DNA of 64,000 nt from Octopus sinensis (taxonomy: Eukaryota). Where the stretch lies: the NCBI RefSeq assembly GCF_006345805.1, contig NC_043006.1, positions 75,578,001 through 75,642,000 of the forward strand, in the 5' to 3' direction. A model generated the notes under the pieces. It saw only the letters and a list, made by a program, of their open reading frames with translations, was not told the DNA's origin and searched no databases. The position numbers were made by a program, and so were the translations under genes. Positions within the stretch are counted from its first letter, which is position 1. Each line of letters begins with the position of its first letter. Of this stretch, positions 50,130 through 64,000 are shown piece by piece.

Positions 50130-51779
50130 ATTCCGTGCTGCATCTAAACTAAATATAATTTGACTGTTAATAGTGGTACAATTTTAATATAGATATAAAA
50201 TGACTTAGTCATTTGTAGATATTTTGGGGTGCAACATAAACCATAGGAATATTGGACTTGTTTCACGCACCTTAAATAAATGAAAAGCTAATTGTGATAG
50301 AGTAGTTACACACAAACACACACACATACACACAGATACGCACACATACATACATACACACACATATATACATGCACACACATGTACATTTACATACGTA
50401 AATACGTAAATACAAGCACACATACATGCATACGTACATACATACATACACACACATACATATACACACACATATACACATACATACACATGTACATATT
50501 ACATACGTACATACGTAAATACATGCACACGTATATGCATACGTACATACATACATACATACACACACACACACGAGAAAGTAGATGCTGATAGTGCACA
50601 TTGACTAAGGAGACCGTCAGCAGCAATTACAAACCTGGTTTTATGTCAGTTTTCTTTCTCCTAGATGGGTTGCCTTCACCATGGCTATGGAGTCCCATCT
50701 GGCCCATACATTCATATAAATACACAAAAAATTAAAAATGTATGAGATTTAAGAATATAACATATATAAAAGCAATGTATACATATGTACACACGTATTA
50801 TAATCGTTCAAGAAGGCTGGTATATACATTTTATGTATAAAAGAACTGTTAGCAGAACAGACCTAGAACAGGCGGTTTGAATACAGTTTTCAATTGGAAA
50901 GCTATTGTTAAATGGCTGGAAGGCTTGTTGGAGACGGCCATCTTGATATCGATATGCTTAACATGCTTACATGCTATTTTACGTTTGTGTAAACATGTGC
51001 CAACTCAAACAACATGAAGCGAGGAAGGTAGGTAAGTGGATTGGTCTTGCACAAGCATCTTTGATATTAAATAAATTGCTGAATATAGAACAGGTATCAA
51101 ACAACCTCGAACTGTTTTTATGTGTGTATGAGTGTGAATGTTGCGTTTGTGTAAGTGTGTGTGTTTGTTGTTTGTGTTTGAGTATGTGTGTGTATGTGTT
51201 TGTGTAAGGGGGAGGGTGTATTAAAAATTATAGTTATATGTGATAGTATGCAGTAAAGGTGGTTAACATATTTACTAGCATTTAAACTCACTAGATTAAA
51301 TGTAAATTTGTATTAAAATAGAAACTGACCATTTCCATGTTTGAAATCACTCATGCTTTCTCCACGATCGTAACCTTAACTCTTTCATGACCAACCTGCC
51401 TGAAACCGCCTCTGGTTCTGTAGTACAAATGTATTGTTTTCATAAGTTTTGAATTTAAATCTTCCTTAGTCACAATTTATGTTCCTATGTTTGTTAATTG
51501 CTTAATTAGGACTTTGGGAAAGCGTTCATTACAATTTGTAACGTGTGTATTTTAAACACTCGACTGTACTGTGACATTTTAAGGGAAGGGATAAAGTCAG
51601 AATTATGGAATTTTATTATTCAACTCAATTCCATGAATCCATTTAAAATGCACCGAGGTTATGTTGCCTTTTCTCATTTTCAAGAACCATTTTCTGCTGC
51701 AACTACGATGAGATTTAATTCATCTGTCCATTCTTACTCATACAAAAGTGTAGCTAGAGAATTTAATGTTTTCTCGATC

Positions 51780-53350
51780 CAAGGCATGCGTTAATTGCTT
51801 TGGTACATAAAATAAAATATTCCTTCGGCCACAATAGATATTGCAGAATTACCTGGAAAAGTTAGCAGTCGGTCTTCAAATTCAGTGGAACAACAAGCAC
51901 TTTATGTGGCAAACACCAAATGCCAGAAGTTATCAAAGAAATGAAGTCAATGATACTGGCTAATTTTTCATTAGCGAATCCGAAAATTTTTTTTCTGGTG
52001 AGCCTCATCTTTGGCGATCACTTTGTAGAAGCAATTATATTCAATGCTTTGAATATACCATATAACATTCCTAATTAAAATTTGTGCAAACAGAAGAGGT
52101 TATTGCGTCTACGGTCACAAAATACATATGGCTGTAAAGGTCTCAAAGTATTGACCGAAATGTTTCTTCACAAGGTCCTCTTTCACTTTTTGTAGAGGCC
52201 TTTTACTTCTGTGGCAATACAAGTTCTGAAAGAAATGCTATTTCGCAGAGGCTATCAATTGAATCTCCATTCTTCATATATTTCTAAACTTGTTTAGTAA
52301 TTCCAACCATCCCCTATCTATCTCTTGACGATATTGCAGCTACGTACAGACTTTGATAAATTTTCTACCTGCCTATACAAATACAAGAGCTGCCAGAGAT
52401 TTAATCCAACATATAAATCAAACGTTTCTATTTGAGTGCCTCAACCGATTACACGGTTCCGAACAGCGGCATCCAATTATGACTAAACATATTCTTGCCA
52501 AAATTCGAATAGAACTGAATAATTATCAAAAATTCATCGAAAATAAACAGCACCTACTGTTCAAACTTAAGATGCAACCGGTTGTCAGTTTTTCACACTC
52601 TTTCACTGTTGCTTTAAAACTTACTTTACTTAATAAGTTTTCCAACTTTGGTAAATACTTGATTAGAGTAACAATCTACTCATTATTACTCATCTCTAGA
52701 TAGTTCCTTACATAACATTGTTGACCTCTCTTAAAGAATGCCTTTGACAATGTGCTGAAAATCTCACAGAAACTTGGCCACTCCAATTTTTTTTCTGTGC
52801 AAGTTTCATGCTTCATCTACACTTGCAGAAATATCGTTTTGTGAGTGCATCTATGATAAGTGAAAATACTGCCTGTCGAACATAAAAAGTCAGGAGTTCC
52901 CTCTTGGCCACTAAGAGTTTATCGATCTACCAAATACATAATATAATTTTTTATTTATTGCATGCATCACCATATTATAAAAGATGTTTTGTGCGTATTT
53001 CATAAAATAAATCTTTTATAATATAAAAGAGAATTCATTTTACATATCGTGGCTAAAGCATTTATCTGTACAATCTTTGTCGAATTACGCGAGAACATTT
53101 GTATTACTATTTATTCTAAGTTATACAAGATTATACAAATAAAATAATGTTTCGAACATTTCCTTATATGGCATTTTCGTCAAGAAATATGTAAACATTC
53201 TACAAGTTTTGCTTTGTACTTACTAAATATTTGCATATTATTTCTTACCGTTTTAGCCGGGAATTGTCTCAGGTAATACCGTTTTATAATTTGCATTCCA
53301 CTTCATTAAGAGAGTGGTGACATTCTACCCCGGTGCTGATGATATTTTCA
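51780..53350 (-). pseudogene. Degenerate hAT transposase (ZMYM1/Tip100-like)
   Basis: TLIKYLPKLE; V*TVGAV..IFDNYSVLFEFWQE...VRNRVIG*GTQIETFDLYVGL...VENLSKSV; LPQK*K; YMVYSK..LLLQ. These match RWTVRA..I.DNY.VL.ELW..ARIIGV..QM..FDF.FG...DNLSKTLQ. Confidence 0.65.
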
Positions 53351-54942
53351 AATTCTAATTGCTACAAAATACTTATATTTCTTCTTCTAACATATTGAGG
53401 AGGCTCTGAATTTTCTTCATACTTTTCTAGTAAAAGAATTATGCAGAATCGTACATTTGGTTTCAATGAATGAAATCAAAAGCAGTGAACCAAGTAGATT
53501 GCAAAGACCGTTTCTGATTGCCAAATATCCGCTTGGAAAAATTAAAATTCATCGCTTGATTTTGTTGAGTGATAAAAAAAACAAACATGGGTGTGGTTTC
53601 ATTGGCTGGTTTTACTGATGTTAACTGAGGCAATGAAAAGGAAACTGCAGTAACACAACTAAATTTATCAGAAGTTTCTCATATGTTTTTTTTTTTTTTG
53701 TTAGCGGGTGTTGGATCAGAAGCCATTCGAATTTAACGATTTTGGTTGGAAAAAAAAATTAGCATCTTTTCTTTCTTGCCAGCATTGATGCACAATATAC
53801 CAACTTTTAAAGAAAACGAAGCATTTTCACGGCAGATATTCGAAAGCTAAGAAATTAATGAGTTTTGACCAGTTCAGTACCCCACATGTAAAAGTTTGTC
53901 GGACTTAGTTAAGTGTCGTAGACAGGCTGGATTAAGAATTTGATGAGATAGATAGCCCATCAGAAATTTGATCAAGTAACACTGCTGTTGTATGCTGACA
54001 CAAATTGTTCAAGCTTCTTGTTGGCTAAGTTCAACAATGTTGCTTGCCTCTGCTTCCTCTAGACTTGTACGAACCACTTGGAGGATACATACATATATAC
54101 ACACATACATGCATACATACATGCATACATACATATATACCTGCATACATTCATAAAAAATATATACATATACGCACATTCTCAAACTCTCTTTTTCTTT
54201 CTTTCTGTCACTCTCTCTCTCTCTCTCTAAATACAGATGTCATGTTGAATAGAACTATTTGAAATTAAGATTTATGAGATATTTCGTATTCACTTGCCCA
54301 TTGATGTGTTACCCGAAGTCTTTTCTTGTTACTCACGAAACTGAAAATGTTTTAAACTGAAAATTTAAAACATTTTCACCGTAACCTGTAGATTATTGCA
54401 CGTGATTATGGAAAGTTGTTATTATCAGTTCCTCGTTTGAGCTATGTCAAATAATAATAACATGCTTTAAGTCTGAAGAAATATATTTTTGGATCTGAAA
54501 GGGTTAATCGATAACCTAAAATAATAACCATTTCCCATAGAAATAAACAATGTATAAAACAAACCAATTTACTTGCCTAGTCAAACTACTTGAGAAAAAA
54601 TAATGGTGTTCTGTGTTTGTAGAAATTAATACTTACATAACTTAGGTAGAAAGCTATATTGTTCTAGGTGGAATACATATTTTTTTATTTCAAGATTTGC
54701 CGATAGCAAAAACTCGTTCTTGTTATTGGAATAATTTCAGGAGGGTTGATCTTAGTATATTTTATCTTTAAACGAATGTTTGATGTGTGGGACTACTTGG
54801 AGTTTTGAGAATAACAATAACGTTCTTCAGACACCTTATTTCAGAACCGCTGAATATAATGCTTATAACGAAACTAATATGTGTGTGGGTGGACGTTAAA
54901 ATGTAAAATAAATATACGAAGAATAGATTGAAAATATGTGTA

Positions 54943-55332
54943 TACGATATTGATGCCAAGACACTACACAATGAGATCCGTCGGAAAGATAAAGAGGTAA
55001 GAGCGCATAAGGTGGTAGAGGCCACAACAACTCATAAAGTGAAAAAGTACTAGTCGAATGTTCCAGTGAAGACCTCAATAAAATGGAAACATAATAGACC
55101 ACATTTAGTGATTTGGGACAGACTAAACGGACAGACATAAAACTAAGGGTCAGCGTAAAAACACCTACCTCGCAAACTATTGAAAAGTTTAAAGCTACTC
55201 TACCCAGATTACAAGTTCAGATTTATACCCGTAATTATTGGAGCAGTAGGGTATATAACAAATTGCTTCAAAACAAATCTTGAGAATCTAGGCTTCTCAA
55301 AAGCAGAAAGGAGAAAGTTCATAAGATTATAG
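54943..55332 (+). mobile_element. R4/Dong-like retrotransposon C-terminal restriction-like endonuclease relic
   Basis: YDIDAKTLHNEIRRKD; NVPVKTSIKWKHNRPHLVIWD (RPD motif); LKLLYPDYKFRFIPVIIGAVGYI...LENLGF. Confidence 0.75.
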
Positions 55333-56281
55333 GTACAAATGCACCTTTATGCATGAGAATAGAAACAAAACATACAAATCTGCACACGCACTGACTTCAA
55401 ACATTGCACACATAGACAAAAACAAATATTTACAAATATTTTGTTGATGTTGTTAAATAAATATTGCTTAAACAGCAACGTAGTTTTATGACTTCGATTG
55501 TATAGAGATTATGATATTCATAATAATATAACCACGAGGCCCAGAAATGAAATGAAAAGCGTAAGCTTGATGCAGCTGCTTTCGCACGTGTCGTTTTTAA
55601 ACGAAAGAACATAAGGATGGACGTTTCCTTCAAATCTTCCTGTCATATTTAAAAAAACAAAAACAAAAAAAAAACAAAATTCAGACAATAAAGGTTCAGA
55701 AGAAAATTAGTCTCGTTTTACTAGCTGATGATCGGAAACGAGCAATTCAGAGTATTGAAACCAGAGTCTTTCAGTTATGATGTATTAAAGAATAATACTC
55801 TATATTTTTATTGAGCCCAGTAATTTATAGCCTTTGGCTGATCAACAGACATTTAAACACACAAACACACATGTATGTGCGTGTGTTTGCATTCATTTCT
55901 TTAGAAAGCAAGATTGTTTTCATCCTCTGTATGACCAACATACGCTGGGATCGTCAGTTAAAAATAACATTTTAACATCTATTTCTAAAATATTCACTGC
56001 ATTAGCTCAGACGGTGAAATCAATTAGTATTGAAATATATGTTACTTACTGAGATATTCAACGCAAAAGTAAGCCTATTTCTCATATGTTCATTGCATTG
56101 CTCGTGTGTATTTTGTTTTAGTTTCTGGTGGTTTTAGAACCATGGGTCTGATTTTAGCAAGTGCTATTATATACTCAACTGAATCTCTCTCTTTCTCCCT
56201 CTCTCTCATTCTCTGTATATATATATATATATATATATAAGGGCGATAATAGAAGATTGATATACTACGTGTTATAAAGGG

Positions 56282-56312
<31 letters not shown>

Positions 56313-57033
56313 GGATATAGTGAAAAAATTATATATATAAATCCTTAAAGACTTTCTGCATAGGGTGACAGAGAGGAAGGGTCACAGTCAATTTGAGAGA
56401 TCTTACTGTTATTGCAGTGTAGTACAGAGTAGCGTACATCGGGCAGATCTATGATTAACAATGTTCCAACTATGACCATCCCAACTTTATTGTACCATTA
56501 TCTATGACTGCATTAGCTAATATCTTATCATTTCTAAAAGGGGGATGAAATTTTGAGTTATATTTAGCTGCTATTTTGTAGCCGGTCGTAAAACTGTTTA
56601 GCGTCACCTGGGTTGTCTTTAACGACGTTAGGTTTAGTTGGATATGAAGTTACATAAACAGATGTGTATTCGTCAGTCATTGCTTTAATTGAGTTTCTTC
56701 AAGATAACTTACTTAATTAAGGATGGCTAAATGTAGTTTGAACATTTATTGATTCGTTTGTGTTGTCAGCAGGAATGTGCTAGACATGGATATAGAGACT
56801 TTCGAAAGACTGGCATTAATTGGAAAATACATAATCGACAGAAATATTAAATCAGAGCTTTGGAAGTGCCATAATAAATATGACATAAGCATATGTAGCA
56901 AATGTATCGAATGCTATAAATTATAATGAGAGAGATGTCTGTCTATGGTATGTATGTATCCATCTATCTATATAGATATGTAACTGAATAAAATAACTAT
57001 ACATATATGTATGTATATATGTACATACAGGTA

Positions 57034-57330
57034 GAGGCGCAATGGCCTAGTGGTTAGGACACGCGGTCGTAGGATCGCGGTTTCGATTCCCAGACCGGGC
57101 GTTGTGAGTGTTTATTGAGCAAAAACACCTAAAAGCTCCACGAGGCTCCAGCAGGGGGTGGTGATCCCTGCTGTACTCTTTCACCACTCTTTCTCCCACT
57201 CTTTCTTCTGTTGGCCTGCTCGATTAGCCAGCGGGTTGGCGTAATTCGAAGGCTAAAACAATGCGAACGCATTGTGACCAGCGCTGTGTAACTACATCTG
57301 ATGGACTGGTCGGTCACGTGATCACGTGAT
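57034..57330 (+). mobile_element. tRNA-derived SINE, core C with tail Y
   Basis: gaggcgcaatggcctagtggttagg..ggtttcgattccc..; tail ggtcggtcacgtgatcacgtg. Confidence 0.9.
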
Positions 57331-57336
57331 ATTTAC

Positions 57337-57379
<43 letters not shown>

Positions 57380-57728
57380 AAGATATAAGTTAGAGGTTAT
57401 TCATATATATAAGGGATAGAGGTATCCGTAGGCACCCCTGGTATATCACCTCAGTATGTATAGGCCTCGCTGTAAGGTATACGGTAATAGGTAATTTAAA
57501 GGTGAAACCGTGGTTTAATTTATATATATTTATATACATGTATATCTGTGAGTATGAAAACATATATATATATATATATACATATATCTGCATATACTCG
57601 TATGTATGTATGTATATATGCGTATGTAGTTTTAAAGCACTATAAAACCCAATGTGTGTGTCTGGATTATCGAAAAGAAGCTAAAGTAAAGGACAATTGA
57701 ACGACTGATAGAGAACAAGCAAGAGGGG

Positions 57729-57760
<32 letters not shown>

Positions 57761-57795
57761 AGAGAGAGATAGAGAAAAAGAAAGATGCAGAGAGG

Positions 57796-57827
<32 letters not shown>

Positions 57828-58519
57828 GAGAGAGAGAAAGAAAGAGAGGGAGGAAGGAAGGAAAGAGGAAGGAAGGGGAAGTGGGGTTGGAAGAAAAAAC
57901 TGACGGAATCTTGGAGTGGAAATGAAAAATTGGATTTAATAAAAAAACAGAAAGGGGCGATAACGAGCAAACACTTCTAAGAAGATTGATATACTACGTG
58001 TTATAAAGGGGTGTGTATATATATATATATATATATATACATATATATCAAGAGAGAGAGGGGGGAGGGGGACAGAGAAATGGACAGAAAAAAGATCGAA
58101 GTGAAAGTTGTTACTATCGATACATTGATAGATGTCAATCTAAGCAGACGATATATTGTAACAAGCGACCAGTCATAACGAGCAGATGTTATATCGTGTT
58201 CCTGCAGACATGGGAACTAATCAATGGTACATTGTTCGTATATTGCTTGTGTTTATACGGTTATCTGTTACAATTTTATTCTGATGTTCGCTTTACATTT
58301 GAAAAATAGAAAGTAGAAAATAAAATAATAAACACTAGGAAAGGAAAGAGGAAAGTTTGGTCAGAGTGTCTCTGAGTTATGTCTTACATTATATATACAT
58401 GTGTGTGTGTGTGTGTGTGTCTGTAAGTATAAGCATATACATGCGTAAATATATATATATATATATGATTGATTGATTCTAGTTTCAGCTCATGAGCTGT
58501 GGCATGCTGGGGCACCGCC

Positions 58520-58579
<60 letters not shown>

Positions 58580-58721
58580 CATATATATGAATGTGTATAT
58601 ATATATATACTCATATGTATACACACAATACATATATATATATAGATGTATAGTCTACATATATATACGTATATGTGTCTGGAGGTAAATATACTTATGC
58701 ATATATATATATATATAACTT

Positions 58722-58767
<46 letters not shown>

Positions 58768-58886
58768 TATTTATATATATACAATATATACACACAAATG
58801 TGTATATTTCTGTAACTATATAAATGCATGAGTATGTACATACATGAGTATATATTCGTCTTTTGTTTTTTTTCGTAAACTTTCCC

Positions 58887-58920
<34 letters not shown>

Positions 58921-58930
58921 GGTGTATCTA

Positions 58931-58981
<51 letters not shown>

Positions 58982-58982
58982 A

Positions 58983-59016
<34 letters not shown>

Positions 59017-59058
59017 ATATCTATCTATCTATCTATCTATATATATATATATATATAG

Positions 59059-59089
<31 letters not shown>

Positions 59090-59366
59090 CAGATATAGAT
59101 ATAGATATATACGTGTCGTATGTATGCATACACAAACTTTAAGGGGATGAAGTTTAAAGATAGTGGAATCATTGCAATTGAAGGAAATTATAGATCTCTA
59201 TTGGTAATAATCAATTCAGTAAAAAAAAAGTGGTAAAATAAAAAGAATAAAAAGATAAAAAATAAAAATATATGTGGAAACTATTTGAAAGAACGCAGCT
59301 TTGAGTAGAAAGATGCAAAGATCTGGCAGATATTTCTTTTTCTGATTGCTAACCAACAAATTTTTG

Positions 59367-59367
<1 letters not shown>

Positions 59368-59422
<55 letters not shown>

Positions 59423-59455
59423 GTTATTATTATTGTTGTTATTATTATCATCATT
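59368..59455. repeat. (ATT)n microsatellite
   Basis: Seen directly; source of the poly-N and poly-I ORFs. Confidence 0.95.
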
Positions 59456-59582
59456 ATTGAAGCTCTGGTGATTTTGCAAGTCATATATATCAATATTAGC
59501 CAAGAAAACACAGCACAGCTGTATACTGCTTCACGTATTCGTATATGCCAGCTCGTTTGTCATTCCTTACAACAGCCAAACA

Positions 59583-59625
<43 letters not shown>

Positions 59626-59769
59626 TATATATAAATATACATACCTAGATATATATGTATACTATATACTATATACATAAACATACATATGTACATGTGT
59701 ATATGAATATATATGTATAGTATACATATATGTGCATACGGACACGGACGCACATACGATTATATATAT

Positions 59770-59801
<32 letters not shown>

Positions 59802-60599
59802 ACAAACATACACACATAGATCTGCACACACCTGGATACACAGACACACATAACAAGTACATAAATAAATAGAAAAATACGTGTGATTGCATTTTTATTC
59901 TACATATATTGGCATATATACCTTAATGCTAACATTCAAATCTTTCTTACCACTATTTTCATGCTGGTGAATTAGATGATATCTATCAAGAAAACATCAG
60001 AAAATACAAAAGTGCGGAAAAAAAATCCCTAAAAAACCGAAACGAGAAATAAAAGAAAAGAAACACGAATTTTGCTATAATATCTATATAATGCTGAATT
60101 CTGCCAATGTGGTTGCTTCTTTCCTTTGCTACAGATTCTTTCAATTGAATCGCAAGTGAGTTCTCATTATTTTCATCATTAATAAAAGTGCAATTCTTTT
60201 TTTTTTTTTGTATATATATTTCTTTTCCTTTTTTCATTTTGTGAGTGCGATAAAGAATTACCTTGAATGTAGCTAGAAATGTTCGGTTATATTTCCACGG
60301 CTTGTTGCCAACATAAGTGAGAACATAGTTAGATAGATAAAAATCACTAGAACAAGATGAAATATTGGCGGTTTAAGAACTTATTGAGTTCATTTCTTAT
60401 CACTGGTGTTGTGAAGATTTTTGAGGGGAAAATATAAGTGAAACGAAAATCAAAGTCTATAAGTACATTAGTTTTTCTCGGGATTGTTGGCGCAATTCAT
60501 CTTGGCGAGAAGTAAAGAGCCGGATTAAAAAACACAAGCTATTTCGTCTGAATCTTTAGTGATGCTGTCATCAACCAATTATAGTAATAATAATAATCA

Positions 60600-60760
60600 T
60601 AATAAAGGCACAAGGCCAGCAATTTTGAGGTGGTGCGAAGTCAATTACTTTGACTCGAGTGCTCAGCTCAACTGGTTCTTTATTGACTTCGAAAGGTGTG
60701 AAAGCCAAAGTCACCTCAGCGGTATTTTAACTGAGAAAGTGAAGACGGACGAAATACCGC
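60600..60760 (-). mobile_element. SINE B-related, old
   Basis: aactggttctttattgac..aaag..tgaaag.caaagtca.ctc.gcgg..gacgaaataccgc. Confidence 0.55.
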
Positions 60761-60762
60761 TG

Positions 60763-60825
<63 letters not shown>

Positions 60826-61004
60826 CCACACACACACGCGCGCGCAGAGGCAAATGAAAAAAAAAACAAGGAATAAAACAATAAAAGTCATACGGATGTA
60901 CACAGTGAATATATTAATTGACGCTGAGTGAAAGTTTTAGATAGAAATGACATATTTTCACACTGTTTCCATTAACCAAATTTAGTCATAAATCATTGGT
61001 CGAC

Positions 61005-61115
61005 CAGTAAGTTATAGTAGAAGATGCTTACTCAAGGTGTCGTGCAGTGGAACTGAACTTGAAACCACATGTTTGCAAAGCCAGCTACTTAACTGCATTG
61101 CGACGACTGCGCCTA
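61005..61115 (-). mobile_element. SINE A 5' half, degenerate
   Basis: tagtagaagatgcttactcaaggtg..gcagtggaactgaac..accacatg..gactgcgcctata. Confidence 0.65.
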
Positions 61116-61222
61116 TATTATATTAACATAATTATACTAGTGAGACTGTGACCATTTTCACCCACGCAAAGATTGTTCTGAGAAGGTAAAACTAAATAAA
61201 CAAAACAATAATCATCACCAAC

Positions 61223-61256
<34 letters not shown>

Positions 61257-61679
61257 TCATCATCATTGTTTTAATGACCACTTTTCCATGCTTGCATGGG
61301 TTCAGTGGAGTTTATTGAGACTGATTTTTTTTTATGGCCAGTTGCCTTTCCTGTTGCCAACCTTCACCTGTTTCTAAGCAACTTATTATTCTCCCCCCCC
61401 CCCCACATAACCAGGCATGTAGAACTTCAATGTTTGTAACTAAATAGCGTAAAGTGATAACTATTTCTACCAACTTCTTTTTCACGTGGTAAATATTGTG
61501 GATCTTTACCATTTGACCGACAGATTAAAAAAAAAAAACTTTTTGTAACTAAACACTTTCAAACTTCGTATACTGGTAGAATGAATGTATCACATAAAAC
61601 ATCTTTTACTCTTGGCGTTGTTGAGAAAAGTTTCTATATTCAATCAGCCGCAGGAAGAATTTTCACATTGAGGAGCCTA

Positions 61680-62000
61680 GCTCCGCTGCCACCTAGACCC
61701 CGACGGATAGTATCTTTTATCCACTGGGCTTCAATGGCAAACCACAGACCCAGGCCCTCGTCAATTTGTCCCCACAATAAGTGGGAAGAAACAAAATTTC
61801 GTTACCCTCAAAGGGCTGGCTCGCAAAACTGCGAGACTCCTCTGGGGTGTCAAACAGCAACCACACCGTTGCATATTTGACACCCCTAGAGATATACTTA
61901 ATGGTCGACATAAGGTCTGCCAACTCCTGCTCAATGATCTGCTTGGAGAAGACGGCAATGGGGTTGAGAACCTTCGAATACGTTCTCAACACTCCTTAGG
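61680..62000 (-). mobile_element. Probable non-LTR retrotransposon ORF1 N-terminus (Tx1/L1-like), truncated
   Basis: LRTYSKVLNPIAVFSKQIIEQELADLMSTIKYISRGVKYATVWLLFDTPEES...LPTYCG..TRAWVCGLP / IEAQWI. Non-repetitive and gag-like, with a T-rich leader upstream. The family assignment is from recall only. Confidence 0.5.
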
Positions 62001-62299
62001 TGGGGAATCTCCCACTCTACAATCTTATCCGTATTTTTTGCCATGTATTTTGCCATTTTTGCCATGTTTTAAATTAAAAAGTAAAAAAGGCCAAAACAAT
62101 AGTTCACAAATTCAAAAATGAGGGAAAGAAATCAAAAAGAAACAAAAGGAAATAAGAGAAAAAGCTAACAGCTCACTAAGAAAGTCACAACAGAAGAAAA
62201 AAAAACATCAGTTCAGCAAAACACACCAAACAAAATTCTTTTGGGCATTCAGGTACTCCACTCCCTATGGTAATCCGATTAGAACCTGGACTGCTCCAG

Positions 62300-62580
62300 T
62301 TGAAATACAGCTTTCCAATTAGTGGTAAACGTAGTTGTAAAAATACACACTATGTACAAACAAAGAACAAGTTTTGGTTGAAGGATACGTCACCAAACTA
62401 GACTTCTCATAATGAGAAAAAAAATTCACTTAATGTGAACACTTGAAATACAGCTTTCCAATAAATGGTAAATGTTATTATAAAAAAACATTAAAAAGTG
62501 AACAACTTTTGGTTGAAGAATAAAGCTCCAAACTGTACTTCTCACAATGAGAAAAAAACAATTTCACTTAATGTGAACAA
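62300..62580. repeat. Diverged tandem duplication (~143-bp unit)
   Basis: ttgaaatacagctttccaat...ttttggttgaag...cttctca.aatgagaaaaaaa..ttcacttaatgtgaaca starts at 62300 and 62443. Confidence 0.85.
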
Positions 62581-62814
62581 TATTGCTGAACCGTAAGCAG
62601 ACCAACATCCTGAATCCAGTGAGCACTCCTTGTTTAAAAAAAATACAACCACAGACAACAACTCCCACTGGACGCAAGAGACAAAAGTCTTACCTTGCAG
62701 CAGCTTCTTTTGGCAGGCTAAACACTGCTGGCTATCTTCTTCAGTGCACAACACAATGACACATGTGTACACTGACAACAAAAGACTCATGGGAAGTCTC
62801 AGACTCAAGGGTTG

Positions 62815-62855
62815 GAAAGCAAGCTACTTACCACACAGCCACTGCTACGCCTGTA
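62815..62855 (-). mobile_element. SINE A head fragment
   Basis: Reverse complement is acaggcgtagcagtggctgtgtggtaagtagcttgctttccaacc. Confidence 0.7.
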
Positions 62856-63476
62856 CTACTAGTTCGACAGCACTGCTTGCTTATGTGTAGATACAGTGTC
62901 AAGGAATATAAAGGAGTTTAATGAAAACGGTTTGATGTATATTCGAACTCAAGTTACAGAGTTTCACCAAGATCTTGTTTTTGCCTTACAGATGTTCAGG
63001 ACGGGCATCAGTTGCCTCAAAGTCCATTAGTCTGGGTGGCCAGCAAATGGTGTTAGTCACAATCTCATTTCCTATGAATGTTTTATATGAATCTACGTGT
63101 CTCGACTGTTCGGAAACAAGGAAAACGAAATATTACCATTGTGATATAACTATTTTTGCGATATCGTTGTTTGAATAATAATAAGGACCGGAAAAAGTGT
63201 CGTGAATGGCGAGGAGAACGATGATGATGATGATGATGATGGCCCTGTGTCCGTTTCCTGTCTAAGTAGATTACTTACAGTTCTTATTTAAAATTTTTTT
63301 TTGTATATAAGGCCATTGTTGTTTGTTTTTCATATGTCCCCAGGTCAGTAATAGTATATGAAAATATTACAGCCAAGCAGACACACACACACACATCTAC
63401 CTAGACATGCGCATATAGGCGAATGTAAGTACGTATATGTGAGTGTGTACATATATACATACATATATGTATTTAT

Positions 63477-63507
<31 letters not shown>

Positions 63508-63528
63508 AATGCATATATATACTATATA

Positions 63529-63565
<37 letters not shown>

Positions 63566-63615
63566 TGCATATATGTATATAATATATATATATATATATA
63601 TATACATGCAATATG

Positions 63616-63646
<31 letters not shown>

Positions 63647-63906
63647 CATGCATATATGTAATATATATATATTATATATATATAATATATACATGCATAT
63701 ATGTATATATGTACACGTTCACATATACGTATCTAAATGCGTCTGTGTATGTATATACACGCACACATACACACGACATACACACGACATACACACATAC
63801 ACATATTTATAATCTGCCTAGCTATATGTCTAGGGCTAAATAAGTATATGAATATACACACCCAGAAAGATATATGCATACATATATACATATATACATA
63901 GATACA

Positions 63907-63947
<41 letters not shown>

Positions 63948-64000
63948 ACACATATTATAAAGCAAAAGAAAACGGGTGAGATAAAGGAAGAGAGTATATA

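Noticed and set aside
52353-52703. 116-aa plus-strand ORF as a host gene
   Set aside because: Antisense to the hAT transposase relic.
51376-54507. Single piggyBac element bounded by TTAA ends
   Set aside because: The ends share only about 7 bp and the interior is hAT-like; probably unrelated fragments.
55724-55752. CUGAUGA-UCG-GAAA-CGA-GCAA motif
   Set aside because: It has GCAA instead of GAAA and no stem I or III; likely chance.

Overview
AT-rich eukaryotic window saturated with microsatellites and transposable elements. Most likely an octopod cephalopod, inferred from the tRNA-derived SINE families and the (TA)n/(TATG)n/(TATC)n density; this is not verified. I can support no host protein-coding gene, rRNA, true tRNA or CRISPR array. 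Most ORFs in the supplied track are microsatellite read-through or transposon relics. Content: about 20 SINE copies with mix-and-match heads, cores and tails (family labels A-D are my working names); five Tc1/mariner derivatives plus MITEs; hAT transposase relics; three non-autonomous Helitrons and an internally deleted RepHel relic; R4/Dong-, Tx1- and CR1/Jockey-type LINE fragments; many Penelope-like element (PLE) relics; several fold-back structures; a 98-bp satellite; a 19-bp minisatellite; and a 100-N gap. The most notable hand-read signal is a set of minimal type-I hammerhead ribozyme (HHR) folds of four kinds. One has a canonical core (12310-12355). One has a compensatory U3-A8 core (11809-11849). 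One family has a compensatory G3-C8 core (7593-7642, 50079-50129). One family has U at core position 6 (16369-16404, 36103-36138), and the second copy sits at the 3' end of a PLE GIY-YIG ORF. All family assignments come from manual translation and motif recall, not database searches.
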